Origin: Haliotis rubra
Lineage: Eukaryota
Reading direction: 5' to 3'
Length of the DNA: 64,000 nucleotides
Assembly (NCBI RefSeq): GCF_003918875.1
Contig: NW_025767052.1
Coordinates: 1-64,000, forward strand
Below are positions 24,820 through 38,334 of this stretch, one piece after another (position 1 is the first letter of the stretch; each line of letters begins with the position of its first letter). A model generated the notes under the pieces. The model saw only the letters and a list, made by a program, of their open reading frames with translations. It was not told where the DNA came from and made no database searches. The position numbers were made by a program, and so were the translations under genes.

Positions 24820-27800
24820 GGTGGCATGCCAAAAAAACCAAACTCAGACTAAGGCGTGTTTTGGAATAATAACAGAGGTATGTGCAGCTTGAGGAGCTCT
24901 TTCCTTTGATTATAACGTTGTTGGGGGATGTTTCATAGTTTTCGAGAAAATAGCTTTTAAAATATGATACTCAGTGCCAAAATGACCCAAGTCAGACTTA
25001 ACTTGTTTTGACATGGAACTGCCTGTAAACACTTCCGGAAGGAGGTAGAAAAGTCTTCCGACCGCATGGTTACCAGCCAAACAAGCAACTCAAAATGAGG
25101 ACAATTCTGGAGTTAAAACAGCTTAAAGGTATGTATAAATTATATGAAATGATAATTTATGATGAACACTGTTACCAGTATTAAACAAAATATGTGATTG
25201 AACGTTGAAGTTATTAATTTAGGCCTGTAAACTCCATTTTCCACTCCCGTGACTTTGGTTGTTTTGGCAGGGAATGGATCCAACATGTTGATGGGATGTT
25301 TTATTCCTACCAAATGGGTTTCAAAGAATAATTGACATGTATTGATGCGGAAGAGTAAAATCTTAAGCACTATTACATATTTCACCTTTCAAATCTTTTG
25401 TTAAGGGGTAGTAAAATCTTGTTATTAGTTGATATATTTTGCTTTTCACTCATTCTGAAGTACAATGAAAACTTCTGTTTCTTTCAGGTTTCTGTAGTCG
25501 TGATGAATAGTCTTCCTACTGAGGTTTTGAGAGAGATCTTTCAGTACTTTTAAACCGACCATCTTATTCAGGGATGTAGCTTACGTCTGTAGACGCTGAG
25601 CCGAGATTTCTAGAAGTCCACCTCTTTGGTCGAAATACATCTACCTCAATCTTCAAATTGATGTCTGCCTTTCAAAATCAGATGGAAATTATGAGTTTCC
25701 AACATATACCATTATGCACCAAATGTGGAGAAGCTTCTGCCCAGTGGCGTACATTTATGCTCATTGCAGTCATTGCATGTGCTAAAAAGCCTAAAGAGCT
25801 CACCTTTTCCAGTTGGTTACATGACTGAGGATGTATGCATGTCTATCTCACCTCAGAATAATGGGGCTTCAGGATCTATCAGAGAAAAATCAGTTAGAAA
25901 TTATCTCTGCCATACCGCGGCTGAAATACATTAAAGTTTGCAATTGACCTGCAGTATCTCCTGCCAGTGTGCGACAGGTCCTCGTGGAAAAGGTGTAACT
26001 GCAAATGAAGAAGTTGATCAATCGGCCATGCTTTCAAATGACTTCGTTGGTGATGTATGTCTTGGACATGGTATCATGATGCATATTCCAGACTTCCTGT
26101 TACTCGGTGCCCTATCAATGAGGACTATCAACAAACGATGTCCTCAAGCTCATGTTTGATGAGGGACTCTGACACGGACAGCAGTGGTCCTGACACTGAG
26201 GAACTTGTAAGCAATGACAATGTAGTGATGAATACTGTCAAGTGTACCATGGAGAAAGAAGTTCTTCTAATTGATGAACAATTGTTACAGAATAGCTTAT
26301 CTGAAAATGAAGAATGTGTGAGTGATCCAGAGTATGAACCAGATGTCCCAGTCATCATCAGACGAGGAAGCAGTTCCATGTTCTAGTATTATGTCTGGAT
26401 CAGAAGTGTCTCAATCACCAAACAACCTTCATTCCAATCCTGATCTAGCTCAAGCAGTACCTCCAGTCGACAAGAGGTACTGCTTGATGTACTGGAGGTG
26501 AATGTTCAAGTTGCCTCGACAGCTATTGACAGTCAATCTCCGATAAACACTCTTACGCATCTGACTATAGAAAAACAAACATCTTCAAAGGAGAGACAAG
26601 AACAAATGAACGTAAGTGAAATAAATAAAATGAGAAAATAAAGAAAGCAAATCCAGATTCATGGAAAAGAATTAGAAAACAGAAGCGATCTAGTGGACAG
26701 GAGTACGTAAATTATAAGCATGAAGTCGTAGCAAAGAAAGAACTATTGTCCAGAGACTGTCGAAAGAAACGTTTGGAGAAGATGGAGGATAATGCTAAGA
26801 GAATTTGTGATGAGTTTTACAGATTACCCACCAAGACCAAGACATGTACCTCTTCGGACTGATTGACCAAGAGACTGAAACAAAGCAACTAAGAGGCAGA
26901 CATCAGGTTGCTAGACAGCGCTCATGTCCTCGTAGCTACCACGTGAGGCTACTCAATGGAGAACGGCTTGAAGTCTGTTGTGGCTGTTTTCTTCATGTAC
27001 ATGTTCATGTGCATGTGATAGATCACGAAGGGTTCATTGAAGAAGTTCGTTGTTTTGGATTGTTCCTCAAAGTTCTTGAAATTTAAAGATTGAAGTTTGA
27101 AAATTAGTTTATATTTTTATCCTCAATATGTAAGTTCCAGTTCTTTTATACGTTACCAGCAGAATCAAATCGTGAAGGGCGCCTCAGTCTGAGATCCCGA
27201 TCGCTGTCATTATCGCGGCTAGGTCATGTGACATGGATTTTTCTACGAGATTGAATTATGGTTTGACAAACAGACAAAAATAAGTATTACATTATGGTTT
27301 GTTGATGTTACCTGAACAACACAAAGGAAACATACTGCATTTCCTTTTCAATGTATTTAATTTAATTGCGTTAATTTTTTGATGATAGACACTGCTGAAA
27401 TCTTGTTGTTTTGTGACATTTGATAAGCTGTTGATTGCCATGTTCATATTTGTAATTGGAAATTAAAAGTTTACATTATTGTAAAGTCTGTTCTTTATTG
27501 TCATTGACCATATTGTGGTTACAGAACTAAAATACACTGACACAGAAGTGACAGAGTACTAAAAGACTTTGTCTCACGGGTACCCATTTACAGCAACTGC
27601 TAGTCAAATGCAAGATTCAGGATATCTTCAACACCATCATATTTTTAACGGAAACAATTTGTTCCATACCCCATGAGCATGCTTGTCACAGTGTGAGGGC
27701 TCATGCTATCACAATCATCATCTTGTTTAAGTGGCAATAATTATTGAATCGGGAACTGCATATTCCATTAGACTTACATGCCCATACCAGGACCTATTCT

Positions 27801-28000
27801 ATTGTCATTGTTATCATTTAGCATTGAAATAAAATAATGAATATACTTACAACCACAATGAGGGTAATTTGCACTGAAATAATCAAAATAGTTAAGTATT
27901 TTAGTGACTTAGTTTATTTTTGGCATGTAACTTTTGTGACCTAGGTTGTTTTGGCATGGAAACTTGTGCTGACTTAGGTCGTTTTGGCGGGTGATGAAGA
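24820..28000 (+). mobile_element. Decayed DNA transposon (Sola-like) with subterminal repeats; boundaries approximate
   Basis: gccaaaa..acc..a.tcagact motifs at 24826-25000 are inverted relative to the gacttag...ttttggc motifs at 27905-27990. Transposase-like remnant NPDSWKRIRKQKRSSGQEY...QDMYLFGLI...Y...EVCCGCFL at 26640-27000. Confidence 0.4.
25503..25640 (+). pseudogene. F-box domain remnant
   Basis: MNSLPTEVLREIFQYF, then a frameshift, then LFRDVAYVCRR*AEISRSPPLW. Splice acceptor just upstream at 25487. Confidence 0.65.
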
Positions 28001-28659
28001 AGTCACAAATGGGTTTTGTGCAATAAATGTTGAAATATTATTGAAAACTCATGTAACGACTCATAAGCCTTCATTGTATGCTTCAGGTTATGATTTGAGC
28101 CTGTTTCCGACGTGTTTCGTTTCTCCTGTAAAGTTGCAAAAAAATTACTTAGGTTGCATGCAGCCCTTTATATATTGTAAACAAAGGGGAGATACCTCTC
28201 ATTTACTTGTTTTCAGTGCGCTGGAGCGTCAAAAATCCAAATTCAAACCTCATGTCATAATTTTTTTTCAATTTTAGCTTTCATTATTTACTATTTTGTA
28301 TACTTTAGTTCTGCAAGATTTTATACCATTTTTTGGCCTTATTTTCTTAGTTTTTGTCCCAAAAAGGCCACTTAGCATCACAATCCAAGGGAGGACTTTT
28401 TATATATTGTTTACATAACTATCATAAATGATATAAACACAACCATTTCTGTACCAATTCTTTTTAGGTTCAGCGATTTTTTCCACTAATTTTACTGGAC
28501 TATATAGTACAGACACAGATATATATTCTTTCCGACAGTACAGTGACACACGATATACATCGTTTTTTAGAAGAATGTATTGCGTTAGTTTATCGGTAAT
28601 TATTTCTTGCAATTGTAAGGGTAAGAGGGTGAAAATTTTGCTTACTTTAGTCCTCAAGA

Positions 28660-29988
28660 TGGCATCAAATACAGTACTTTGCATGGCCGCCGCTGCTCGG
28701 CACCGTCTTGGTACAGACTGGATAAGTAGACGAAGTTGCTCTTGTGGAATTCGTCCCCATTCTTCCTGCAGTGCGCTGGCCAATTGTTGAAGTGTCTGAG
28801 GCGTGTTTTGACGTTGACATACAGGCCAATCGAGTTCATCCCACAGGTGTTATCGGGTTTAGATCTGGTGATCGGGAAGGCCGTGGCAAGACTCTGACGT
28901 TAGAATTTGCAAGGAAGGGGACCGTGATGCGTGCTGTATGTGAAGTAGCGTTGTCATGCTGGAACAACTCCCTCTGTCGGTCCATAATCGGAAGCCTGTG
29001 ACGTGCAAGGACTTCGCTGATATATCGAATTGCTATCAAATTCACCCGAACCACCATAAATCAGACATTTGTGTGCTAGATATCGCACCCCATAGCATGA
29101 CACTGTCTACACCGAATATGTCTCTTCCGAATGCAATTAGCGGCAAAACGTTCATTTCTCCGGCGGTAAACACGCTGTCTTCCATCTCGCCGGTGAAGAA
29201 GAAATCGTGATTCATCACCGAACCAGACCCGCCTCCAGTTTCTCAGGTTACTGTTCAGTACTCTACGACACCGCCGCAAGCGATTGCGCCGATGGAAGTC
29301 TCTCAAAACAGGGGCGACAACAGGCCTTCTTGGTCGAATCCCCACTTCACGCTATCGATTCCTGACAGTTTGGTCGGAAATTCTTTCCAAACCAAGGATG
29401 CGTTGTGCAGTCTTTACGGCTGTGGCAAGACGATGACGCAAGTGGACAAACCGGATGTAGCGGCCCTGGGCTTGGGTTGTAACTCTTGGACGGCCGCTTC
29501 TCGGGCGATCTTGGGCAGAGTTAGTCTGCAGAAAACGATCCCAAAGACGAGATATGGTGCTCCGATGCGCGTTGAAATGTCGGGCAACTGCAGACTGCGA
29601 CTCCCCAGCTTCAAGGCGGCCTTTGGCAATGTTTCGATTATCGGCACTCAGTCGTGGCATAATGATTTCATCTTTTCAAGGCAAAACCGAATGACAAAAT
29701 TAAATACAACGTTTGCCTTTCTATTATGATCGATACCGCCTGCTTTTCCGCTCATTTGCACGTGCATTTTGCTTTGCATGTTTTCTCGGTGACGTTTTGG
29801 CGATCATTTCTTCAAACTCTTCTAAAACAAGGGAAAAGTTAGAATTGCAGCATTGTGGCACTGAAGTTGTTTACAATCACACAAAGATGACGTTTTTGAA
29901 AGAAATAGTATATTTGTATTGCTCCCGCAGTTACATGAGTCCAAAGTTCTCAAAATCGCCTATGCGTATCTTTTTTGAAGAGTGTATA
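28660..29988 (-). mobile_element. Tc1/mariner element with disrupted transposase
   Basis: MPRLSADNRNIAKGRLEAG, VWFGDESRF, FQHDNATSH, RSPDLNPI motifs across ORFs 29660-28700. Terminus ...ttttttgaagagtgtata at the right. Confidence 0.85.
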
Positions 29989-30835
29989 TCGTCCCCTATA
30001 GTCCTTGCCCACAGTACAGTGACGCACGATTCATGTTGAGGTCGGGAAGAATATATATCTGTGTTTATACTATATGTAAAGATTTTCACCCTCCCTTTTC
30101 CATATCTTGCTCCGTATCCATCCCGCGACGCCCATATCTGACTGAGGGTTTAGCTCAGATATGGGTCGAAGGATGATACGCGGCAAGACATGGAGAAGGG
30201 AGGATCATAATATCTGTATCACTTCATACTAACCAAGCAGGAATCTATCATTTTTTAAACCCTTTTATACTCTACAAACCTATTTCACCCAAGCACTCAA
30301 AAAACACTTCGACCAAATTTTATTCAACATTAATTCAACAACTGTAGAATGTCATTTGCACGTGTTCATTCATCGTCGGTGTCGCTGTCGATTACCGGGG
30401 GTCGGATACGTTTGTATCGTTTACCCTCGTTTATAAAAAGGCATGCCAGATAGAGGTCCAAAACTTTTGCGTCGATTTGCGGAATGTCCCGATTCTCTTT
30501 CTCCGATAGCAGTCAGGCGTTGAGCATCTTGCTTTTATTTCCAATAGTGGAACCGGATTGGTAAACAAGTTGTATGTTGCTTATTTGAATACCGCTCCCG
30601 AACACAAATATATTATAACTATAACAATAATGAATGGAAAAGCATGCTATTAACAAACACAGATGAGCTTTCTGGAACTGTAACAATCAATAACTGTAAA
30701 TATAGCTGCTTATAACATTGTAACAATTAGTGTCGGAAAGTAATACATTGTAGTTAGTGCAATGTGGTTTTTACTATTACAACACAAATCTGCCTGATAG
30801 TACAATGAAAGAACTGATAGATTCTAATAATTCAA

Positions 30836-30927
30836 CTTGTTTGAGTGGCATTTTAGAAGTTGGGAAGTACAATATAGAACAAACTTTATGGATAACAACT
30901 TCTTTTTATTCGTGAGTGCGACGTTTC
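30836..30927 (-). mobile_element. Solo fragment of the Penelope pLTR
   Basis: Near-identical to the reverse complement of about 20808-20900. Confidence 0.8.
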
Positions 30928-31368
30928 TATCCGCCTCAGTAAGTTGATTCTCTGGGGGATATGACTCTAATCAGCACACAAGTCCGTCTTGGGGTCCACA
31001 CGATTTATTCTGGTCTAGTTACAAGGGGTGGCTCTGAACTCTGAGTTTCAGTCGGAACTGCCCAGCACTGCTGGTTCACAATCATTTATACCATCCATTA
31101 GTTGACATAGCTGACATTCCTTGCCCGTATCCGGCTTTCCCCCGATTCCATGTTTGGTGTAGGTCCCTGTGGTCAGTTTGTGTCTTTCGCCAGGGTTATG
31201 TCTCCCCCCATCGGATTCTTGACCGATGGGGGAGGGGTGACTCATGTCGCCAATTCGGGTTCCCTAATACGGAGACCGATCCTTGATTCTTGCCTCTGAT
31301 ATACGCCTCCCCCCCCCCCTATATTTAAGGACGCGTCCATGCGTCCGGATGAAAAGGCAGGTGTGACA
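30928..31368 (-). repeat. 3' LTR
   Basis: Matches 36463-36718. Begins TGTCAC on the minus strand; contains TATA-like (aaatata) and aataaa signals. Confidence 0.85.
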
Positions 31369-31812
31369 CGGCAGGCCTGTCAGCTATGTATACTAGTGTA
31401 TACTAATATGTTGGTATTTCAATTTGTCATTTATAGATGGACATAGAGTACTTGACTTAAATTCATGGCAAGTTACAATAATTTGCGTGAGGACCATTTT
31501 CTATACATGTACATATAAATACAGACATATACAGGATTGTAGTAGTACATACTGACAGTATTGATTATATAGCACGGTTACACAAAGTACAAATGATTAA
31601 TTTATAATGGACAATATTGTCAACATGATGTTGACTACCTTATTATAAATGAGAATGGACAAAAAAAACAACAACCCCAAACCAACAACAAACACATGGA
31701 TGTAGCCATTGGCTTCAATGATACCATATGAACACAACGATTATGAGCAGTATTTCCCGTATTTGTTAGTGCCATCCACGCATACCACTGCTATAGTGTG
31801 TAGTGACAACCT

Positions 31813-34230
31813 TTAAGAGTCGATAGAAGGGTACAGTCGATATGGATAACTGGGTGGTGGGTCTGGTTGGGTAGTCCTGTCGAGTGCCCTGACGGAGTAA
31901 TGGACATTAGCATGGACTAAGTACAAGTGAGTTATATAATTGGCCTTAATTATTCGTTTGAGTTTCCTGGCTGTTGGTTTCGATATGGTGAGATGGGGAG
32001 GGAGAGATAGACGCGTTGTTGAGACACGATTAACGACTGATAAGTTGTTCCCTGGCCAAGTAATCGTGAGTTGATCAGCGAACAACCTGTAAGAGTCATT
32101 AATGACCACAGATGAAGGCGAATAGTCCTGGTGTGAGAGGGACAGAGCAAGGGGTGGTGCATTAATCTCAGCCACTTTTACACAAACGGACTCCGTGCCT
32201 GAAGAAAAGCTGATATATAGTATGGACGCAACCTTTGTTTTAAGTTTATACACATACAAACTCAGCGATAGGACAATAAGGAACATCAATATGAGGAGAA
32301 CAATTTCTAATTTGAGATAAGCTTGAATACGGTCAAGTATGGAGTGGGTGGGGCTGGCAGGGGTGGAGGGAGTCCAGACGAGTATATCTGATGTGGTTGA
32401 TACTGTGACCGCAGTGATACCTCGGGCTAATATATAGTTGGACCCGCAGGTGACCAATTCTTCGATTCATAGTAACTATTATAAATCCAAATAGAATCAA
32501 TATTCCGCACATTGCCATATTGGGATACGTGAAAGGGTTGGTCCAACTAAATGTATCGGACTCCCCGCTCAAGGAATTTAGAAATAGTGGGTTGGAAGGA
32601 TCAGTATAGATCATTTGGTCTGCCTTTGCTTGTGCCACCACATGTTTAAGATTGACACTTAGTTGTCTATCAGTTTTGATAAGTTTGTTGAAAGTTCTAT
32701 TTGCCAAACGAAGTGGTGCCGTTTTGTATCGAACCGGTTCCTTAGCTAACAATGTAGGGATGGAGTTTTGGATTTGATCTGTATCGAAGAAATGGCGTAA
32801 GAACCCAATGTTTACTGGATATTCAATTTGGGTGACATTATTATCGATACTGCAGTCATTAAGACGTGGGGGAATAGTTTTATTGCTTCCGTGTAGTGAG
32901 CATGAACAATACATGGGGGCGAGACACAAACTACATCCTTTGTTGGTCTTAACCTCTTCTCCACATTTATACTTGATATCAGGTACGTTTTGTAATACAT
33001 AGTTACATAACCTATGTACCAAATCGATGTCGTTAAGGAATAGGGCGAGTGTGTACAACTCGGTGAAGCGAACGAGGATTCTGGTGGCAGTATATCACAG
33101 TGAATGTGTGACTGTCCACTACACGCTTCGTATTGTTCAACCTGAAGTTCTACATACTTCTCACTTTCCCTGGAGATGGCAATGTTTGGAGCCACATCCC
33201 GGACTATAGTTGCGTGAGGGGATGCCACGTGAGTCGGAAGTGAGAACGTCGATGTCCTGTAAACGCGCAGTACAGTACTGTCAGACACTACAGGCACTAG
33301 TAACGTCACAAATATCATGTCGATATGGCGGGCCAAGTGGACGTCGACGTCTGTGTAATACATGGTGGCGTTGGTGTATCGGAGTTTAAATGCAGGGTAG
33401 TTTTGGGCCAAAATTTCTTGAATGGAGGAAGTAGTTGTGGATAAGGTGTGTAAAGGTACGACGTTAGGGGACAAGCGACCCCTTAACAGTTGGAGAATAC
33501 CTGCCAGGAGAGACTGAGACTGAGAATGAACTATTGTCGCTAGCTGGTTTTCTCGGCCCACTATTAGTAAAAATGTGGAGAAAAATCTTTCATACCACTT
33601 GACCTCTTGACGAGTAACTATACCTGTTTGCACTATTTGTTTCTGGTTACTGTTAATAAGTTTGATGATGTTGTCAAAACGGGCGTTTGTTTTGTCATGT
33701 ATGAGGCCATTTGGTGTTGAGAAACATTGAACCCAATGTCACGTGCGTGTATGTTTTCCACAATAATTCGGATGTGGTCAGTCACTATTTTGAGATCGCG
33801 TTCTGTGGCCAGTCCAAAGGCCCCCTTGTCTAATTGCCCAGAGACTACGTGTTTTACGTGATCTGGATCTGATCTCGGGAGTGTCCGGGATAAGATCCTT
33901 GATCAGTTTAATGGTGTTTACTAGGTCAGTATTGGCGCGTTTGTGGATAGAACTAACCAGACTGAGTATAGTGCTTATATGGAAGTGTGTGTTTCTACAT
34001 GTAGCGTTACGGTGGTTCGTGCAGGCAGGTACATGGTAAGACATGCCTTTCAAGTACGGCTGAGGTAGGTGTAAGGCGAATGTGTGTATCCATGACCCGT
34101 CATACGTTGTGAGCTTAACTCTCTCGGAGAATAGTACCCCGTAGTGTAGACGGTCATGATCCTGTCCGTGGACTGAACTGGTCAAAATGACCAACAGCAA
34201 CCAGGCACAGGAAAGTATGTCGGTCACCAT
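31813..34230 (-). pseudogene. env-like class I fusion glycoprotein (baculovirus F / errantivirus Env-like), frameshifted
   Basis: Signal peptide MVTDILSCAWLLLVILTSSVHG, GVLF...W motif, furin site RSRSRKTR/SL, LLRGRLSPNVVP, Cys-rich region, TM segments. Spread over four ORFs. Confidence 0.75.
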
Positions 34231-35209
34231 CCTGAGTAAAGATAAAGGTCATTTGGTAACCCACTGGTAAACTACTCTCCATCCATTCCAGTAATTATTT
34301 TATTATGACCTTGTGGTGAAATTCATTAAAAAAAAACCTCATTCAATAAGTATATTCTTAATGAACCATGGAACATTCAGACATCTGTCGGCTGTGCTGA
34401 TACACACGTTCTCCACATAATTATACCTACATAGCCCCAAGACGTCTTCTCACAATTACTTCAACAGTTCCCTCGGGTCGGCTGGCCCTTTTACTACTAC
34501 CGGGACTTGTGGGAGGGGAAATGATTGCTCTATCCTCCCGTCCCATGGGTATCGAGCACGCCTGTGGACCCGTCCGTGATCAAGAGACGGGTAGACGGTG
34601 GAATCCATCAGCCGCCCTATCGCGTAACGACAAACACCTGGGCCACAGACAGTGGCGTGATGGCTCTTTTGTCTGCGGGTTGTCCTGTGCCTGTTTCTGC
34701 ATAGTTGACACCTCACTCTACATCATTTCACAACTACTCACAAACACCTGGTGTCACTCCAGGGCCCACAGACAATGGCGTGATGGCTCTTTCGTCTGTG
34801 GGTTGTCCTGTACCTGTTTTTCCACAGTTGACACCAAATATCAGCACTGCACAGCCCTTCCATTCTTTAAGTCTTTCATACATGAGTAAACAAAAATAGT
34901 TTTAAAAAAACAACAACTCCAAAAAAACAAGGCATCTACACAGGTGATGACCGAACTATTGCATGTAACCTATTTTATGCGTGATGCATCATAAGTAGTA
35001 ACCCACTTCTAATGGGTTATCAATGTGGGTACCTCGAGGGTGTGATATGGAGAACTATCCGTTTGTTGATCACGCATTGTTTGTGTTGTAAGGAAGGACA
35101 ATCATGTGGTGTGTGATGTACTGATACCGACGAACAATGTAAAGAAAGCACATGTTGATTTCTGGTTTGTGGGACTGGGTCACATTATTTAATAACTAGG
35201 GAATTCTTG

Positions 35210-35392
35210 TTAGCGTTCTGTTATGCTCTTCAGTGTGCATCTTGCATAGTAGTCCTCAACAATAAATGTGGGTATTTGTGGCTGGGAAACCCACTGTGGG
35301 GTGGGGTAGCCCACATATTGTACCTTGAAGTGTTGAACGCCGCATATGCGTTTCGACGACAACACGTGTTCAATAACGGGTGTCTGGTCCAC
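35210..35392 (-). pseudogene. Chromodomain-like C-terminus of pol/integrase
   Basis: IEHVLSSKRICGVQHFKVQYVGYPTPQWVSQPQIP fits the chromo-fold pattern, at the expected position upstream of env. Confidence 0.6.
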
Positions 35393-35903
35393 AGAGTCAC
35401 TGACAGGTGAGATTTGGTTTGGGGTATTCCATCTCCTCTGTAGGACAGCGAGTGGAATATCATCCTCGGGGTCCCAACTGCTATTTATGGGAATGGGATT
35501 TGGCTCGTCTAGGCTTGTGTGGCTTCTTTGGGAACTGGTTGGGACATTGGTGGAGGCACTGTCGTGATGTAAATCAGCGTCGTTGTCTCCGTGGGGTTCA
35601 GTTTGGGTTGCGTCAAGTCAGTAGTAGTTTGGCTGTCAGTCAAAGATATGGATTGACTGTCTTTAACTGTTCAGATGAGGTATCTGTAAGTGGTCCCAAG
35701 TCAAAGTTCGGCTCAAGTGGCTCAAACATAGCAACAGGTGCGTTTGCTGGCAAGGTAATTGTAGAGTTGGTTGGGTTGAGTAACCTATAAGGGACCTGAG
35801 AGTCGACACATCTCACTACACAATGTATACCTATGACCTGATGAGTTTGGGTCAGAGTACAGTACAGAGTGGCTGCAGCATACCAGGGAAGCCTGTCGGG
35901 GTG

Positions 35904-36386
35904 TTAATTGGGATGTCTAATTGCAAAATACAGCTCTGATCGAGGAGGAATACAGGCATGTGTGGGACATCTGGCTAAGATATGATCTGCTGGCGGGATA
36001 AGGAATGGGGCTTCGGCTAAACCCTGGTAAAGACAGAGTTTGTTATTGGAATAGTCAACTGAAGCTGAATGTTGTTTGAGGAAGTCAAGGCCAACCAAGA
36101 TATCCTGTTGTAGATCTTCCACTACATAGAACTTATGGGATAGTTTTAGATTGGCAATGTGCACGACTAAATCAGCTGACCCAGGCACATTAAGCGTTAT
36201 ACCATCTGGACCAGCTAATTCAGCAGAACCACTGGGCGTAAGGGGGAATTTATCAGACCCCTTAAGATTGTTGGATTGGAGAACATTAACCTTAACGGTA
36301 AGTTCATTAATTGCTGACATTAGCTGATCAGATTTGGCGTCAGACAACCCAGATGTCGCATCTGAGATCTCAGCGCTCTCTATCAC
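35904..36386 (-). pseudogene. gag remnant fused to the C-terminal half of a retropepsin protease
   Basis: LAGPDG...FYVVEDLQQDILVGLDFLKQH; the catalytic DTG motif is missing. Confidence 0.7.
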
Positions 36387-36462
36387 TTGGTCTTATGAAG
36401 TATGGGGATGTGTAAGAATGAACTGGCGGATATGGGGCAAGGCATTACGGATTATGAGATCC

Positions 36463-36718
36463 TGTATATCCGCCTCAGTAAGTTGATGCTCTGGGGGATA
36501 TGACTCTAATCAGCACACAAGTCCGTCTTGGGGTCCACACGATTTATTCTGGTCTAGTTACAAGGGGTGGCTCTGAACTCGGGTTCACAATCATTTATAC
36601 CATCCATTAATTGACATAGCTGACATTCCTTGCCCGTATCCGGCTTTTCCCCCATTCCATCTTTGGTGTAGATCCCTGTGGTCAGTTTGTGTCTTTCGCC
36701 AGGGTTATGTCTCCCCCC
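36463..36718 (-). repeat. 5' LTR, truncated
   Basis: Matches 30928-31209 with a small deletion, then switches abruptly to Maverick TIR sequence. Confidence 0.85.
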
Positions 36719-36719
36719 T

Positions 36720-36824
36720 CAAACAGTCAGGGTAACGACGTGCGTGACATCATCGTCAAGCCCCGGGGCACACGTTACTCCACACCCGGGCGATAAGCGC
36801 CTGTACACCATTGTCAAAGCCTCG
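36720..36824. repeat. Remnant of the left Maverick TIR
   Basis: Reverse complement of 54664-54769 with about 2 mismatches; runs into the N gap. Confidence 0.8.
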
Positions 36825-37030
36825 NNNNNNNNNNNNNNNNNNNNNNNNNNNNNNNNNNNNNNNNNNNNNNNNNNNNNNNNNNNNNNNNNNNNNNNNNNNN
36901 NNNNNNNNNNNNNNNNNNNNNNNNNNNNNNNNNNNNNNNNNNNNNNNNNNNNNNNNNNNNNNNNNNNNNNNNNNNNNNNNNNNNNNNNNNNNNNNNNNNN
37001 NNNNNNNNNNNNNNNNNNNNNNNNNNNNNN
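36825..37030. other. Assembly gap
   Basis: Run of N. Confidence 1.
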
Positions 37031-37743
37031 CGAGCAGCTCATCCAACGCCCGTTTGTCTGAGTGCTCGCATCGGATGTTTTTGTGAAGCATTTGGAGCAC
37101 TTCTCACGGGTACCACCATCATCTCCTCTTCATCCCAGAGGTCGCTCTCTGGGACCTCCTTCCGTTTCTTGGACACCGAGGGATCGTGGGGCACCGTTTG
37201 GCGTAGTGTCCACTCCCCGCCCCAAACGCTCCAGGGTGTACGTACAGCGCATCTGGCGCTTCAGCTGGCGATGGTCCTGTCAGGTGTATGCGGCTGACGG
37301 CCCGAGCGCTTCAGGGGTCCTCGCGGGGTTGGTCATCACCCTGCCCCCTAGTGTGGGACAGTTTCTTCTATAATGTCCCTCCTTGTTGCACTCTGTACAG
37401 GGTTGGGGACACTGCATCCCCCAATGCCCGGAACCCCCGCACCTGTTCCCGCACACCGCCTTCGGGCAGTGCTCAAAAACATGGTCGGTCGACCCCGGAC
37501 AGGAACAGCAGTAGTGGTGTTCTCTTTAAATAAAACATTGGCAGCCATCTCTTTAAATAAAATGGTAGAGACAGGGAGTGAGAGCCTGTAAACGATGTGT
37601 TGTCGATCCACGAGCGAACAGCAAACACAGCTATTCTGTACTGGGCACGCGTGTTTATATACCCGTACACGACTACCCTGAAGAGGGAGGGTTGTCTCTT
37701 ACGTGATAGTCGGCAGACACCTAGATCGCCACCAGTTCACTAT

Positions 37744-38020
37744 CCGATGGCCATATGGCCTATCGTGGACTGGTTAAGTGATAAGAAAATTGCGATACTA
37801 CATCGAGCGAGCCACTCTGTCAGTAGCCGATGGCCATATAGCCTATTGTGGACCGGCTAAGTGATTAGAAATAGCGATAACACACCGAGCGAGTCACTAG
37901 CCACATAGTCGCAAACGCCCTGTGGAAAGAAATTACGATATCACACTGCGTGACAATCACCAGCCGATGGCCACATATAGTCGCTAATGGAATAATTAAG
38001 CGGCAAGAATTTGCAATAGC
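37744..38020. repeat. ~83-bp direct repeats upstream of pPolB
   Basis: ccgatggccatat.gcctat.gtggac.gg.taagtgat.agaaa at 37744 and 37827, with a partial third copy at 37964. Confidence 0.75.
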
Positions 38021-38265
38021 TATGCTGTAATGTCCGACGAAAACGACATGGGAACGCCATCAACTGGGTTTATGGCATCTAAGCAATGTCAAACAAAGCT
38101 GTCACAATCTACGCATCTTTGATAAGACGTTACACATACTGTTACACGAGGAAACTCTGGTGGTAGGGGTGATTTTATATAAATCCGTATTATACACTGC
38201 AAGCATACCCGTAGCTCGGTGTTGCCATCGTGAATTAAAGTACAGAGTCCATATATCAGCACAGT

Positions 38266-38334
<69 letters not shown>
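38266..38334. repeat. (CTA)n microsatellite
   Basis: Perfect trinucleotide run. Confidence 0.98.

Larger units (their letters stand above)
30928..36718 (-). mobile_element. Internally deleted Ty3/Gypsy LTR retrotransposon with an env gene
   Basis: Direct repeats at 30928-31368 and 36463-36718 (TG...CA ends visible at 31368 and 36463). Protease, chromodomain and env remnants lie between them. No RT/RNase H/integrase core seen. Confidence 0.85.

Noticed and set aside
36678-37100. ORFs spanning the N run
   Set aside because: Artefacts of translating the gap.
38266-38334. (CTA)n as a Maverick ACTACT terminus
   Set aside because: It is internal and directly upstream of pPolB, with no TIR partner; a simple microsatellite.
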